Origin: Hypanus sabinus
Lineage: Eukaryota
Reading direction: 5' to 3'
NCBI RefSeq assembly: GCF_030144855.1
Contig: NC_082711.1
Span: 26,040,001 to 26,104,000 of the forward strand
DNA length: 64,000 nucleotides
Every line of letters starts with the position of its first letter. Position 1 is the stretch's first letter. Position numbers and translations under genes: made by a program. Positions 25,935 to 39,132 of the stretch are shown in pieces. Below the pieces are notes generated by a model that was not told where the DNA came from, did not search any database, and saw only the letters and a list, made by a program, of their open reading frames with translations.

Positions 25935-27740
25935 CTAGAGTCATAGAGTTATATAGCACAGACGCAGGCAATGTTGCCCACTTTGTGTACACTGACCATT
26001 ATGTGTACTTGTACTAACCGCACTTGCCTGCGTTAATTCAATATCATGTATTATTCAAGTACCTATCCAGCTTCTGTTTAAATGTTGTTATTGTTCCCGC
26101 CTCTACCACCTCTTCTAAATACCATCTGGCTCATTCTAGATGCCATCTACTCTTAGCTTGAAAAACTTGACCCTTAGATTCCCTCTGAACTCCTCCTCCT
26201 CACCTTAAACCTATGCCTTTTTGTATTAGACACCCCTACCATGGGAAACACTGGTTATCTATCCTGTCCACATGTCTCAGTTTTATATACCCGTATCATG
26301 TCACCTTTAAGACTCTTTTGCTCTCAGGAAAATAAACCCACCTTATCCAATCTCTCCTGATAACTCAAGCCCCTTATTCTAGCTAACATCTTCGTGAATG
26401 TTTTCTGTACCTTCCCCTGTAGAGTGGCCACCATTACTGTACACAATACTGCAAGTGTGGCCTAATCAGTAATTTATACAGCTGTTACTTGATGTCCCAA
26501 CCCTTGTACTTGGCATCTCAGCTTATCATGGCACACATGCCACATGCCTGCTTCACCACCATGTTAATCTGTGTTGCCACTTTAAGAAATCCCAAAGTAC
26601 TCCAAGGTGTCTGTTCAACCATACTGCCTTGTGCTGTGCCGTTCCTTGTGTATATTAAGCCTTTAATTAACTCCCCACATTGCATCACTTTGTACTTATC
26701 TGTGTTAAAATCTATCTGCCATTAGCTTGCCCCCTTCTCAGTTCATGTACATCCTACTTTAACCTTTTTTTACTTTTCACTATGTCATTAAATTTGCTGT
26801 TATCCACAAACTTACTAATTATACCTCCTACATTCTCACCCAATTCTAATATATATAACAACATAAAATCCTGAACTGATTCCCTGTGACATAACACAGC
26901 TCACAGGTGTCCAATCTGAGAAAGAAACCTCCACTACCATCCTCTGCTTCTTATCATCAAGCCAGTTGTTTTTATCCAATTGGCTAAGTTACCCTGGATC
27001 CTTTCAGACCTACTTACCATGTGGGACCTTGTTCACATTGATAACATCTACCACCCTACCATCATCAATATTCTAAGTCACTTGTTGAATCAAATTTGTG
27101 AGACATGATTTTCCTCAAAGCCACTCTGCCTATCCCTAATCAGTCCTTGCCTTTCTAAGTGCTTATAAACCCTGTATTTCATAATTACTTCTCATAAGGC
27201 TCCCATTACTGATACAAGATTCATTGGCCTGTGTTTCCGTGGCTTATTCCTGCTGACTTCCTTAAACAAAAGGTGTAGCATTTGCTATCTTTCAGTCTTC
27301 TGGTACCTCCCCTGAGCTAACAGTTTAAAAAAAAATCTCTCAAGGACCCAGCAATCTTTGCCCATAGTTCCCTAACATCAGAGGGTACATCTGGCCATTC
27401 TTGGGATTTATCCACCTTTTTATCTCAGGACTTCCAGCACCTCATTCTGTCTAATATCATATATATAATATCATATAATTCTCCATAATATCACCTTTTC
27501 CTCCCTTGATTTCTTAAGCTTCTGTGTCCTTCACAGTAAATCCAGATGGATTCTTGTCCATTCCTTTTGGCTCCGCACACATATTACCAAGTTGATCCAT
27601 GGGGGATCAGTTCATTCTGTTTTACTCTTAATATATTATTAGAATCTTTTGGGATTGTTTTCCCTGTCTGTCAAGAATAACTCATCAGCTCTTTTGGTCC
27701 TCCTCGGTCCCTGCTTAAGTGTGCTCTTGTTAAAGGGATT
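25935..27740 (-). mobile_element. Old CR1 remnant
   Basis: Tail agagtcatagagttatatagcacag; actgtacacaatactgcaagtgtggcctaa (minus strand RPHLQYCVQ); colinear with the other minus CR1 copies. Confidence 0.7.
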
Positions 27741-28736
27741 AACTTGAACCCGTCATTTGTACCCTGGCACTACCACTTGCCTGGGTGTTGGCCAGTCCTG
27801 CTGTACAACAGAGCCAGCCATGTAATACTATTCTGCCTGATATTGTTGCTTTCCCCAGAGAGGCCATTTCCCCAACAGTATCCAAACTGACATACTTGTT
27901 AGAGTGAGGAACAGCCAGTGGAGGTCGGCCTGTCTTCCCCTCCTTGTGTTCACACATCTATCTGGTTGAACATTGTAACATGATCACTACCTCAAAACTG
28001 CTATCAAGAACCCTTCCTACTTGGAGACAAGAGGGCGTACAGGAGCAAAATATATTTGAGTGGTGTTGCAGCAACAACCTTGCACTCAATGCCAGTAAGA
28101 CTAAAGAGCTAATTGACTTCAGAAAGGGTAGAGGGAGGGAACACAAACCAATCCTTACTGAGGGATCAGAAGTGGAGAGAGTGAGTAATTTCAAAGACTT
28201 GGGTGTCAAGATCTCTGAGGATCTAACCTGGTCCTAACATTATTGATGCAGCTATAAAGGAGGCAAGATAGCAACTATATTTCATTAGGAGTTTGAAGAG
28301 ATTTGGTTTGTCACCTGAGACACTTGAAAACTTCTATAGAGGTACTGTGGAGAGCATTCTGACCAACTGCATCACTGTCTGGTGTGGGGAGGTGGGGAAG
28401 GTCCACTATACAGGATCAGATAAGCTACAGAAAAGTTGTAAAATTAGTCAACTCCATCTTGGGTACTGGCCTCCATAGTATCCAAGGCATCTTCAAAGAG
28501 CAATGTTTCAGAAAGGCTGTGACATCATTAAGGACCACCATCACCCAGAATGTGCCCTCTCCCAATGTTGCCACCAAGAAGGAGGTCAGAAGCTTGAAGG
28601 CATACAATCAGATTCAGGAACAGCTTCTTCCCCTCTGCAATCTGATTCCTAAATGGGTGTTGAACCTATGAACACTACCTCACTTTTATTATTTCTGTTT
28701 TTGCACTGTTTTTAATTTAACTATCTAATATACATA

Positions 28737-29230
28737 CAGTAGCATACAAAGGTTTGGGCACCCCGGTCAAAATTTCTGTTACTGTGAATAGCTAAGTGAG
28801 TAAAAGATGACCTGATTTCCAAAAGGCATAAAGTTAAAGATGAGACATTTCTTTAATATTTTAAGCAAGATTACTTTTTTATTTCCATCTTTTACAGTTT
28901 CAAAATAACAAAAAAGAAAAAGGGCCTGAAGCAAAAGTTTGAACAAGTCATAGCCCTAACAAGCTAATTAAGGTCTGAGACATTGATAAAAATTATCTGA
29001 GAACTCAAATCTCTTGGGGTGCCCAAACTTTTCCATGATGATTCTTTCTTTTTTTTTTCTGTCTAAGATTGTACAAAACAAAAATAATACAGGAATCTTG
29101 CTTAAAATATTGATAAGAATGTGTCATCTCTAACTTCATGACTTTTGGATATCAGTTCATCTTCTACTCACTTCACTATTCACAGTAACAGAAATTTTGA
29201 CTGGGATGCCCAAACTTTTGCATGCCACTG
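28737..29230. mobile_element. Internally deleted Tc1 (IR/DR type) element
   Basis: TA-flanked; long TIRs cagtagcatacaaaggtttgggcacccc... / ...gcccaaacttttgcatgccactg; inner direct repeat gggtgcccaaactttt. Confidence 0.85.
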
Positions 29231-29324
29231 TATATATACATCCTGTAATTGATTTATTACTTATTTTTCCATATTACCATGTTGTTCAATGTACTGTTGC
29301 CACTAAATAACAAACTTTTCAAAA

Positions 29325-30577
29325 TACAGTTTCAAAATAACAAAAAAGAAAAAGGGCCTGGAGCAAAAGTTTGGGCACCCTGCACGGTCAGTTCTTAGTA
29401 ACACCCCATTTTCTGTAGCCAGCTACGAGTCTTTCAATTCTTGTTTGAGGGATTTTCACCCATTCTTCCTTGCAAAAGGCTTCTAGTTCTATGAGATTCT
29501 TGGGCAGTCTTGCATGCACTGCTCTTTTGAGGTCTGTCCACAGATTTTCGATGATGTTTAGGTCAGGGACTGTGAGGGCCATTGCAAAACCTTCAGCTTG
29601 CGCCTCCTGAGATAGTCCATTGTGGATTTTGAGGTGTGTTTAGGATCATTATCCTGTTGTAGAAGCCATCCTCTTTTCATCTTCAGCTTTTTTACAGATG
29701 GTGTGATGTTTGCTTCCAGAATGTGCTAGTATTTAATTGAATTCATTCTTCCTTCTACGAGTGAAATGTTCCCCGTGCCACTGGCTGCAACACAAGCACA
29801 AAGCATGATTGATCCACCCCCTTGCTTAACAGTTGGAGAGGTGTTCTTTTCATGAAATTCTGCACCCTTTTTTACTCCAAACATACCTTTTCTCATTGCG
29901 GCCAAAAAGTTCTATTTTAATTTCATCAGTCCACAGGACTTGTTTCCAAAATGCGTCAGGCTTGTTTAGATATTCCTTTACAAACTTCTGACACTGAATT
30001 TTGTGGTGAGGACACAGGCAAGATTTTCTTCTGATGACTCTTCCACAAAGGTTATATTTGTGCAGGTGTCGCTGCATAGTAGAACAGTGCACCACCACTC
30101 CAGAATCTGCTAAATCTTCCTGAAGGTCTTTTGCAGTCAAGTGAGGGTTTTGATTTGCCTTTCTTGCAATTCTACAAGCAGTTCTCTGGGAAAGTTTTCT
30201 TGGTCTTCCAGACCTCAACTTGACCTCCACCTTTCCTGTTAACTGCCATTTCTTAACTACATTATGAACTGAGGAAACGGCTACCTGAAAACGCTTAGCT
30301 ATCTTCTTATAACCTTCTCCTGCTTTGTGGGCATCATTTATTTTAATTTTCAGAGTGCTAGGCAGCTGCTTAGAGGAGCCCATGGCTGCTGATTGTTGGG
30401 ACAAGGTTTGAAGAGTCAGGATCTTTATAAAGTTTTGAAATTTGCATCACCTGGCCTTTCCTAATGATGATTGTGAACAAGTCATAGCCCTAACAAGCTA
30501 ATTAATATCTGAGACGTTGGTAAAAGTTATCTGAGAACTCAAATCTCTTCGGGTGCCCAAACTTTTGCATGCCACTG
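29325..30577 (-). mobile_element. Tc1 transposon with a degenerate transposase
   Basis: Minus ORFs: GEGYKKIAKRF, RSGRPRKLS, WKQVLWTDEIKIELFG, PDLNIIENLW; right end ...tgcatgccactg+TA. Confidence 0.9.
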
Positions 30578-31084
30578 TATATATACATCCTGTAATTGAT
30601 TTATTACTTATTTTTCTATATTACCATCTTTTTCAATGTACTGCTGTCACTAATCAACAAACTTCACGACATATACCGGTGATATTAAACATGATTCTGA
30701 TTCTGATTCCAGCTGATCCACGCGGTCTGAGAGGAGTACGGTTGGATACAACTTTTACAAGAGTGGTAGTCAGGACCCGATATGTCTCTGATCTCCCACA
30801 TTTCACATGAAGAAACCGCTTCACTGACTGCAGTTTCTACCTTTGAAGTTAGTTCTAGGTTAAAAGAAAGAAGATGGATTGACCTCCATACCTTCCTCCA
30901 GCTTCCCATAATTTTTTGGAGACTGACTTGTAGGCTGCCATTTTTTGTTATCAAATTTTTGTGCAGATTTGTCTTAGAAAGATTCCCCTTTGGCATTGGT
31001 TCTTTTGTTGAAGTGTTTAAATTCATCTTCAAAGCTGACATTTTGTTTTATTAATTTTATTATCAACTTTTGTTTCTCTGCCAG

Positions 31085-31711
31085 TCTGTAGATGAAGATG
31101 AGGAAACAAGGGTGTATCGCTTGAAAATTGAGGAACAGAAAAGACTTAGAGAAGAAATACTGAGACAGAAGGAACTTCGGCGGCAGCAGCAAGCTGGTGC
31201 TCGTAAAAAAGAACTTCTTGAAAGACTTGCACAGCAACAGCAGCAGCAGCCACTTGCAGCCCAACAACAGTCGCAACAGCAGCTAGTAAATACACAGCAG
31301 GCTCCCCAGAATTTTAACCCAGCTGCACTACAGGCTGTAAATCAAGCACAGCCAAATATAAAGAATAGACTGTACACAAAGAAACAGTTTACAGGAGTAC
31401 AGCACCAAGCTAATAGAACTCAACAGTCTGGAAATATTCTGCAAGTTCAGACAGAAATGAGAAAAAACGGCAACCAAATCAAACAGATCAGACCTGCACC
31501 TTTAAATCAGCAGTTTTCCAGACTGGCCCAGTCTAAGCCTGCTGGTGCATCAGGACCCAACGTGCAATCTGGCAAGATGGTTATTCCTGCACTCAAGTCC
31601 CAAGAATTAAAACCTGGTTTTAAACGGACAGTAATGCAAAGAATGAACAGTGGAGGAGGGGATGGCCCTCACAATAATCCCAAAGTAAGGGTACTCAAGC
31701 TACCGACAATG
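31085..31711 (+). CDS. RBM33: RBM33 internal coding exon, coiled coil (SVDEDEETRVYRLKIEEQKRLREEILRQKELRRQQQAGARKKELLERLAQQ...SGGGDGPH...KLPTM)
   Basis: Acceptor ttttgtttctctgccag; donor ATG|gtaaga; 627 nt, phase 0-0; near-identical to the recalled human RBM33 coiled-coil segment. Confidence 0.95.
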
Positions 31712-33374
31712 GTAAGACCCAACTTTCTTTGTAAAAATATGGATTGATGCTAATTTTGGAAAAAAAAATTCTGAAAAGCAATTTCTAAATCAGCAGCCAG
31801 GAATGTCATTGGGAAATCTTAAGGAAAGAAGCACCTTAATGACTCAGACAGTAGTTAATCTTTATTACAGATGTCTACCTTTTGTGTTATTTCTGAATTC
31901 TTTTTGAATTGTAGATAATATATTACTAACATTGATTTTGGAAGACTCAAACTTTTACATTGGCAAATATTTTAAGTCTTACTGAATGTAACTAGTCATA
32001 CAGTTTTATATTAGATTTTAGTGCTTGGTATTAATTAATAACCCTTTGTGGTTCCAAGATTTACACTGTAATTTGAGAAAATTGAAAGCCCAGTGTCTCA
32101 CCTGGTTTCATTTCTTAACTATGTCTTTACTTAAGATGAGTCCGTGATAGAAATGCACTCTTAAAAATATCAAGATTTTGACTCAGTGGTAATTTGCCTT
32201 AAATTTGACTTTTTTTTGCCAGGCAGTATTGCTTGAAGATGTGTTAAAAAAAAAGCTATAGCAGTAGGTGCACCAAAGTACAGTCTCCTATAGGTAAAGC
32301 CCATGTGTACTAATTAAACTTTTGACTGATGTTAATGGTACTTCAAATAATTCAGGTCTTTGCGGCTTAGAATGAAAGAAGAGTGTTAAATCTGCTTATT
32401 TTCCCATAAATGCCAATGGGATTTGAACATAAATCTGAATTTTTTTTTATTTGCAAGTGGTAATAAAAGCATTGTGTCACTGCTAATAGATTCTTGTCTT
32501 GGAAAGTCTGCCGGCAGCTGAATTGGTGGCAGTACCTTTGACAGTGCAGTGTCGCCTTTTTATAAAGGGAATCTTCCCGATGCTGCCCAGGAAGCTGCAC
32601 TGCTGTCGTTCTGTGTACTCTGACAATGTTATCTTTTCTCTCAGTACAGAGTATCAAATGTCTGTCAGGAATACAGAAATTAATTTAATGTCACCTGACG
32701 TGCAATTAATCTTTAGAGGTTTTCATAATACCTGTACAGAAAGAGTTGCCAGTTTGCAGGATTTGGATTTCAGGGCTTAGTTGTAGATAAGGGAAATTAA
32801 TTTTTCATCAGCGTTAGTACAGGCTAGCAGGACCACAAAGACTGCAGCAAATGGATGGGGAATTTGTCATGTGTTGTCACTCCAGAATAATAGTACTTAA
32901 CATTTGATAGGTGTAATCAAGAGAGGTGCATTTCTATAGAAGGGGATTAATCAATTTGCACTCTGCTGAATGTGGTCGGTGTTATCACCACTTGCTTGGG
33001 TTTTAGAATAGGAATAAGATTTAATCAGTTAGATTTTGAAGGTCTTTTGGAAAGGATTTTTCTGAGACAAAACTGATAGAATTTAATAAAAATATAATGG
33101 TGTTGTGGCAGTAATGTGCAATTCATGTTTGGAGAGTGTGTATTTGCTAAATTTAAATCATAGATAAAATATTTTTAAAAAGAATACTGAAGACAGCTAT
33201 GAAGATGTAACTTTTTGATAGTTAAAAATTAAGTAAATTTTGTCAACTGGAGAATGTTCTTTTAAACTTCATAATTGCAAAAAATTTACAAACCTCTTTT
33301 TCCCATATTGTGAATGCCTTTTTATTTTCAATACAAGCTGTCCCTAACCACAATTACTCACCCAGTTCTATTTA

Positions 33375-33645
33375 ATTATTTATTTTATTTATTGAGGTAC
33401 AGCCCTTTGAGCTGCACTGCACATTCCCCCAATTTAATCCTAGCCTGATCACAGGACAGTTTACAAGAGCCAATTACCTATCAACTGGCACGTCTTTGGA
33501 CTCTGGGAGGAAACTGGAGCACCCAGAGAAAACCCACATGGTCATGGGGAGAAGGTAGAAACTCTTTATAGGCAGTGGCAGAAATTGAACCTAGTTAGCT
33601 GGTATTGTAAAGCGCTGTGGAACTATTACACTATCATGTTGTCCT
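33375..33645 (-). mobile_element. V-SINE (HE1-like)
   Basis: tgggaggaaactggagcacccagagaaaacccacatggtcatggggagaa is the reverse complement of the V domain. Confidence 0.75.
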
Positions 33646-36600
33646 AAAGTTTGAATTTTCTAATCCATCAGAAACTCAAAACCACAGTTGCTGGAAATGA
33701 CAAATAAAATCAGAATGCTTGGAATACTGTTCAGGAACACCTGTAGGAAGAGAAAGAGTTAATCCTGTTTCTGTCTCTGCAGATGCTGTTTGACCTTTTA
33801 ACATATTTTTCTTCAGTCATCTATTCCATGTAAACTTCATTGTTGTTAACCTCAGAGTCAAAGGTTAACAACCTCAGAGTCAACCTCCAACACTAGAACT
33901 GATATCCATAGCCATTCAACTCTGCAAAACAGTTTCTCTTGGTTTCTTCTAAGATTCCAGCATTTAATCTTGCACCATTGTTCATGTCATGGCTCAATAT
34001 TGCAAACAGTCTAATTCTAGGAGCCTTGAGCAGCTTTTTATGATACTAAGCTGTCTTTTCCATATTATATGTTGATATAATTGAATAATAAGCTTTTTTA
34101 AAATGTGAAGATATTGATCTCTATTTATTGTATTTATTCTGCTGAAATGCTGTGTATTCACCAGGTCTAAAGATTTGGTTATGTAAAAATGTTTAAAGTA
34201 AGTGATACAATCAGTGGTCAGTCTTTTAAAATTGCGAACATTTGGAGCACAATACAAGCAGTTAGATTAAGAGAGTAGGATTGAGTGATGAAGCAAATGC
34301 AGACACATCATTGCACTTTAAGCAATCAGGCCTGAAAAAGCACATGACTTACATTGATTAGTGTCTAAGGGCACCCATGTTTATCTTAACACCAACACCT
34401 TTCAGTCTGCTACCATTTTATAAGTAATACTCTTCTGTTCCATATTTTCTCCCAAATTGGATGCCCACACATTCTTCTACATGATATTCTATTTGCCCTC
34501 TACACTTAGCCTGTCATTATTCCCTGAAGCCTCTTTGGAATGTAATTGTACAGTATTATTACTGCCTGGACTTTGTGTTTGTTATTTATTGCTCCTTTTT
34601 GGTTGTGATCTCTATTTGCTCTCGGTCAATTTCTGCAATGCCTTCCTTTCTTTAATCTGTATTCTTCTGTGCCTATCTCCATTTTCTTTACTGATAGCTC
34701 AGCTTCAAGTTAACCTTAGTTATAATTCGGGAATTCCCTTTCTAAACAATAGATCTGTTGCCTCTTAACACTAGAGACCTCAATTCATTGCTGACTTTTG
34801 GTGCCGTTGTATCAAGTTTGCACATTCTCCCACATAGGTTGATTAATTTACCACTATAAATTGCTCCTAGTTAAGTGTGTGGTAGGCTGTACGGGAAGTT
34901 GATAAGAATCTGGATTAATGCAAAATAATGTAAACAAGCAGTTGATAGTCACATTGGGCTGAAGGGTCTATTTCTGTGCTGCATCTCTGACTCTACCTAA
35001 ATTGCTCCATCCATCTGTTTTTCTACTTAATATTCTCAACATATATTATCTCTGATTACATTTTTGACCACCCTTTGCAGAGGGATATATTTTTGCATAC
35101 ACTTTTGGGACTCTGGGGCATTTTTGCACTTCAGAGGTGCTATATAAAAGCAATTTATATCTGAGAAAGGAAAGACAAAAAATGCTCAGTAGGCTATGCG
35201 GCATTCATGTTGGGCAAAACAGCATTTCATGAAGAGGAAGGAAAAATAAAGATGTAATTATGTGTGGTTGAGATGTACGCAATACCTTTGGCAGGTTGCT
35301 GCTTGAGATATATTAATTAGAAATTTTCATGTTTTAATTGATGGAATGTGCACTCAGCAGTTTTGGGTGGGGTAAGGTAATTAGGTGCTTGGCCAGGGGC
35401 ATTTTTCATGTGAAAATAGCACTTGAGAAAAAAAATGAGGAAAGGACATCAATCTGAAATATTAACTCATTTGTATCCAAACTGACTGACCAGAGCATTT
35501 CTCACATTTACTGTTTTATTTCAGATTGGGAATCTGTACTCTTCTGCTTTTCAGTTCTGTCAGAATTGGGCCTTTTTCCTTTTGCCCTTTCATTTACACT
35601 ACACACCTCAGTTATTAGCGCTTCTTGTTAATATCTTGAATACTAACATCTCTTGCTTATTTTAAGATACTTACGCACATATAGCAATGTTCACAACAAC
35701 TTTGCTAACCTTTCTGGGTTTTTAATGTATTTATGTGTGTTTGGTTTTCTTGACTTTGTTCCTTTTTAAGTCCTCTTGTATAATTTAATGAAAGGATTAC
35801 CCAGGAGTCATTGTGGGTGGGAAGCCTAAGGAGATTGGACAGCAAGTTTTAGAGGGGTGTAAAATTCATCTTCTATCCAACTATGTCAGTTTTTAGAAGG
35901 CCATGCTCCCATCAACTTGTTTGTTTTTTTCACACTTGTTTGTTCTCTTCACACTTATTTATTGAGTGATCCCAGTACAGCAGAAGTTTTACTCTCTGGT
36001 TTCTAATTAACTGCAAAGCACTGTTAAACACAAAATACTTAATCCAATTTAAAAAAATCTTCCTTCATTATCCAGGAAAATTTCTGTTTCTAGCTTCCAT
36101 GTATTCCCTTCTACTTCTATCCCTTATGAATTTTGTGCTTTTATCTGGCTTGTATCACCCATCTGGAAAATGGCTACACTGGCAAGATATATGGCACAAG
36201 TGCTTACAATCACTGAGGAGTTGAAAATAATAATTGGAAAAAGCTGAAAGTAATAACTGGAAGAAGACGTTCTGGACAGGTTAACAGTAAAAGTTCTAAA
36301 GGCCCAGTCACTAACTTTGTGGCTTCATTGATGGTAAATGAAGCACTTGATGTTCACTAAACTCTTCAAAGACTAAATCTATCCCATTTAGACTAGTTGT
36401 TGGGATCCTTGGGAGGTCTTCCCATGTCTGGACCCATGTTTATTGAAAAGGCTTAAGATTTCTGTGAGTACACAGAAATGATATAACTCCATAATTTTTG
36501 GAAGTTTAACGAAGGCATAATACTTTGCAGAAAAAAACTCTCAGAAATATATAGTGACTTTTTAGAAAGTGGTAGGTAGACCTGGTCTTTTCCACCATCT

Positions 36601-36654
36601 TATTCATATCAAACGAATCTGCAGTACCAACAAGACTGTTTGTTGTATGGTATT

Positions 36655-36826
36655 CACAAGAGATTCTGCAGATGCTAGAAATCCAGAGCAACACAGCACA
36701 CAATGCTGGAGGAAAAATACCAGGTCAGTCAGCATCTATGGAAATTAATAAACTGCTTAAACATCTCAGCCAGAAAGGTTGGCTGTTTATTCATTTCTGA
36801 AGATGCTGCCTGACTTGGTATTGTTG
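36655..36826. repeat. Palindromic Penelope-derived element, decayed
   Basis: caggtcagtcagcatct / agatgctgcctgacttg arms; same 5' end (gattctgcagatgct) as the 12620 family. Confidence 0.7.
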
Positions 36827-36989
36827 ACTTACAGTGGGTGCAAAGGAGAAAACTGCATCCACCTTTAAACAAAAGGATCATATTACTGTACAGGCATGGA
36901 CAAGCTAGAAAATACAAGTTCAGAGGTTTCAAGAGCATCACACATTTTTCATTTTAACCAACATTCAAGCAACCTTTGAGGAAAATAGG

Positions 36990-38010
36990 ACAAACAGGAC
37001 AGCAAGGAACATATTGTCAATTCCAATCTTCAGAGCTATGGTTAGTGCCTGAGAATGTTTACATAGCTTTCCTGCCTACCCTTGTGACATCCCTCATACA
37101 GCAAGTGGATCAAAAAATTCTCCAAGGGGAAAATGAACTGCTATGCATGAAGGTTTGAAAGCACTTGCCAGTGAACAAAATGGGTGGTGGTTAAGGATTT
37201 CAATCCAAGGTCACCATCAAAGATGCAGTATATAATGTAGTATATGCTTGGAGTTCTCTGAACAGTTGAACTTTGAGCAGAGCCTAGAGGACATTCTTAC
37301 TACAGTACATTATGTTTTTCTGATGAAAAAAAAATTAAAGATTACAAAGATGATGAAGAAAAACTAATTAGTGAAATCCATAATAATGTCTTCAAAACTC
37401 TTGAATCCTCAAACTCACCACAGAACTTAATAAATAAATAAATTGAAGAATGGATGAATATAGATGTTGATGCTGAAGTCAATGTTAACTGACCAAATCA
37501 TCCAATATGTTATTAATCCCGAGCAAACCAGGCAAAGATTCTAAGAAAGGCAAAAGCAGCCCAAAATCACCTGTGCTGCAAAAACAAATTGGGAAGCCTG
37601 TCTGAAGAAAAGGCACACGAAATTTGCTGCTAATGGCTATGGCAGCATTTACAAAATCTTCAAACTCTGTATCTTCATTACAGCTCGCAATTAATATTGT
37701 AGATTCCTAGCATAGAAGAGCATTAGTGCAGTGTAAAAACGTTAACTGATAGTATACAGTGCAGCAGTGAAGTTAAACACTTAAAGGTACTATATAATTT
37801 TACATACTGTATATAGTGGATTAGTACTACAGCACTGCCACATGATAAATGAATTTGAGTACTGTAGAGCACCCCTTTTGTTTCTCTTATTCTATGATCT
37901 GTAATATTATTGGTATTATGAAAATAAGTTGAAGTCTGGACCAGCTGGCATATTTGACTTACTAACACCCTCATACACTCTGAATGCTAGATAGTAAAGC
38001 ATTTACTGTA
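36990..38010 (+). mobile_element. Decayed pogo/Tigger transposase remnant
   Basis: AFLPTLVTSLIQQVDQKIL resembles the DDE_1 motif FLPPNxTSxIQPxDQGII; the region ends ...ttactg+TA. Confidence 0.55.
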
Positions 38011-38229
38011 CTTACTTTTTATCATTTGCTCATAAATCTCCAGATTTTTTAGCCAAGTAAGAAAATGAAAAAGAACATTTAGACTTAAAAGTAAGGCCTG
38101 CAATTAAGAGGTTTGGCTGACGTAAGGTTTGGCTGACAATGAAGAAAGAGCTGTTCCACAGGAAGAAATCAGGCTGGTCAGATGAACAGAAAAGTACCAA
38201 ACGGAATTTAATCTGAAAGAATGAATTAA

Positions 38230-38590
38230 TATCTTAGAGGGGCAGAATCATGTCTCCCATAAGAAATAGGTCCATTTGGCCCATTGAATCTACTCTGACA
38301 TTCACTCTTGTCCAGTTTACCATCCCTCCCAACCCTATGCCTCTTGGCTTTTCCCCATAACCTTTGACACACTCACTAATCAAGAACCTATCAACCTCCA
38401 CTTTAATTATACCCAATGACTTTGCCTCCATAGCCATATGTGAAAGTGAATATCAGAGCTTCACCACCCTTTGGCTAAAGAAATACCTTCTCACCTCTGC
38501 TAAAGGGATGTCCTTGTATTCTGAAGCTCTGCCCTCTGGTCCTTGACTCTTTCCACAATAGGAAGCATCCTCTCCACATCCACTCTACCT
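38230..38590 (-). mobile_element. CR1 3' fragment
   Basis: Similar to the reverse complement of the 3' end of the CR1 at 20560-20870. Confidence 0.65.
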
Positions 38591-39132
38591 TCGTTAATGT
38601 CAAGAGAATACAAAGTAAATGTATGTAACCAAAAGTTGTCAAGGACCAAAAATAACATTGATAGAACAGTAGGTGGAGACCATTTTAGTGTGTGTCCTGT
38701 AATTTATTGAGGCCATGGCTGATCTTCTACTTCGGGCATCTCCTTTATCGCCATGTTCCTTCCTATAACATCCAGAAAACACAAAGGTGGATGGGTAGTT
38801 CAGAAGAAATATAAGATGGATGGTGAATTTTAGGCATTAATAGGATTAGAGGGAAGCTGAGGAAAATCAAAATCATTTTATCAGCTGTGGAACCTGGAAC
38901 TCTTTTGTCTGAGTAGGAAGTAGAGGCTGAAATCTATATTTTAGTAGTACTTAGGTGAGTGCTCATTGTGTTCGACTTGTGAGGCAGGACATTAAAGCGT
39001 ACTTATGCGACAATGTTTCTATAGAAGTCAAAGATATACATTGAAAATGAATACCGGCTGATAATGAGCAGAAAGCTAGCTTTTTGGATTTTTTGTGGAC
39101 TACTTATTTAAGCATCAGATTATGAAATGTGA

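Larger units (their letters stand above)
27990..30709 (+). mobile_element. Rex1/Babar LINE 3' part, with its 3' UTR interrupted by Tc1 sequences
   Basis: WCCSNNLALNASKTKELIDFRK, FKDLGVKISEDLTWS, NFYRGTVESILTNCITVW; tail gattctgattctgattc at about 30693-30709. Confidence 0.85.

Noticed and set aside
30553-31276. Several 85-118 aa ORFs upstream of or overlapping the coiled-coil exon
   Set aside because: No recognisable domains; partly TE tail and partly antisense to the RBM33 exon.
33845-33885. Short direct repeat aacctcagagtcaa x2 (also aggtttggctgac x2 at about 38109-38137)
   Set aside because: Two-copy local slippage duplications; not an array and not CRISPR-like.
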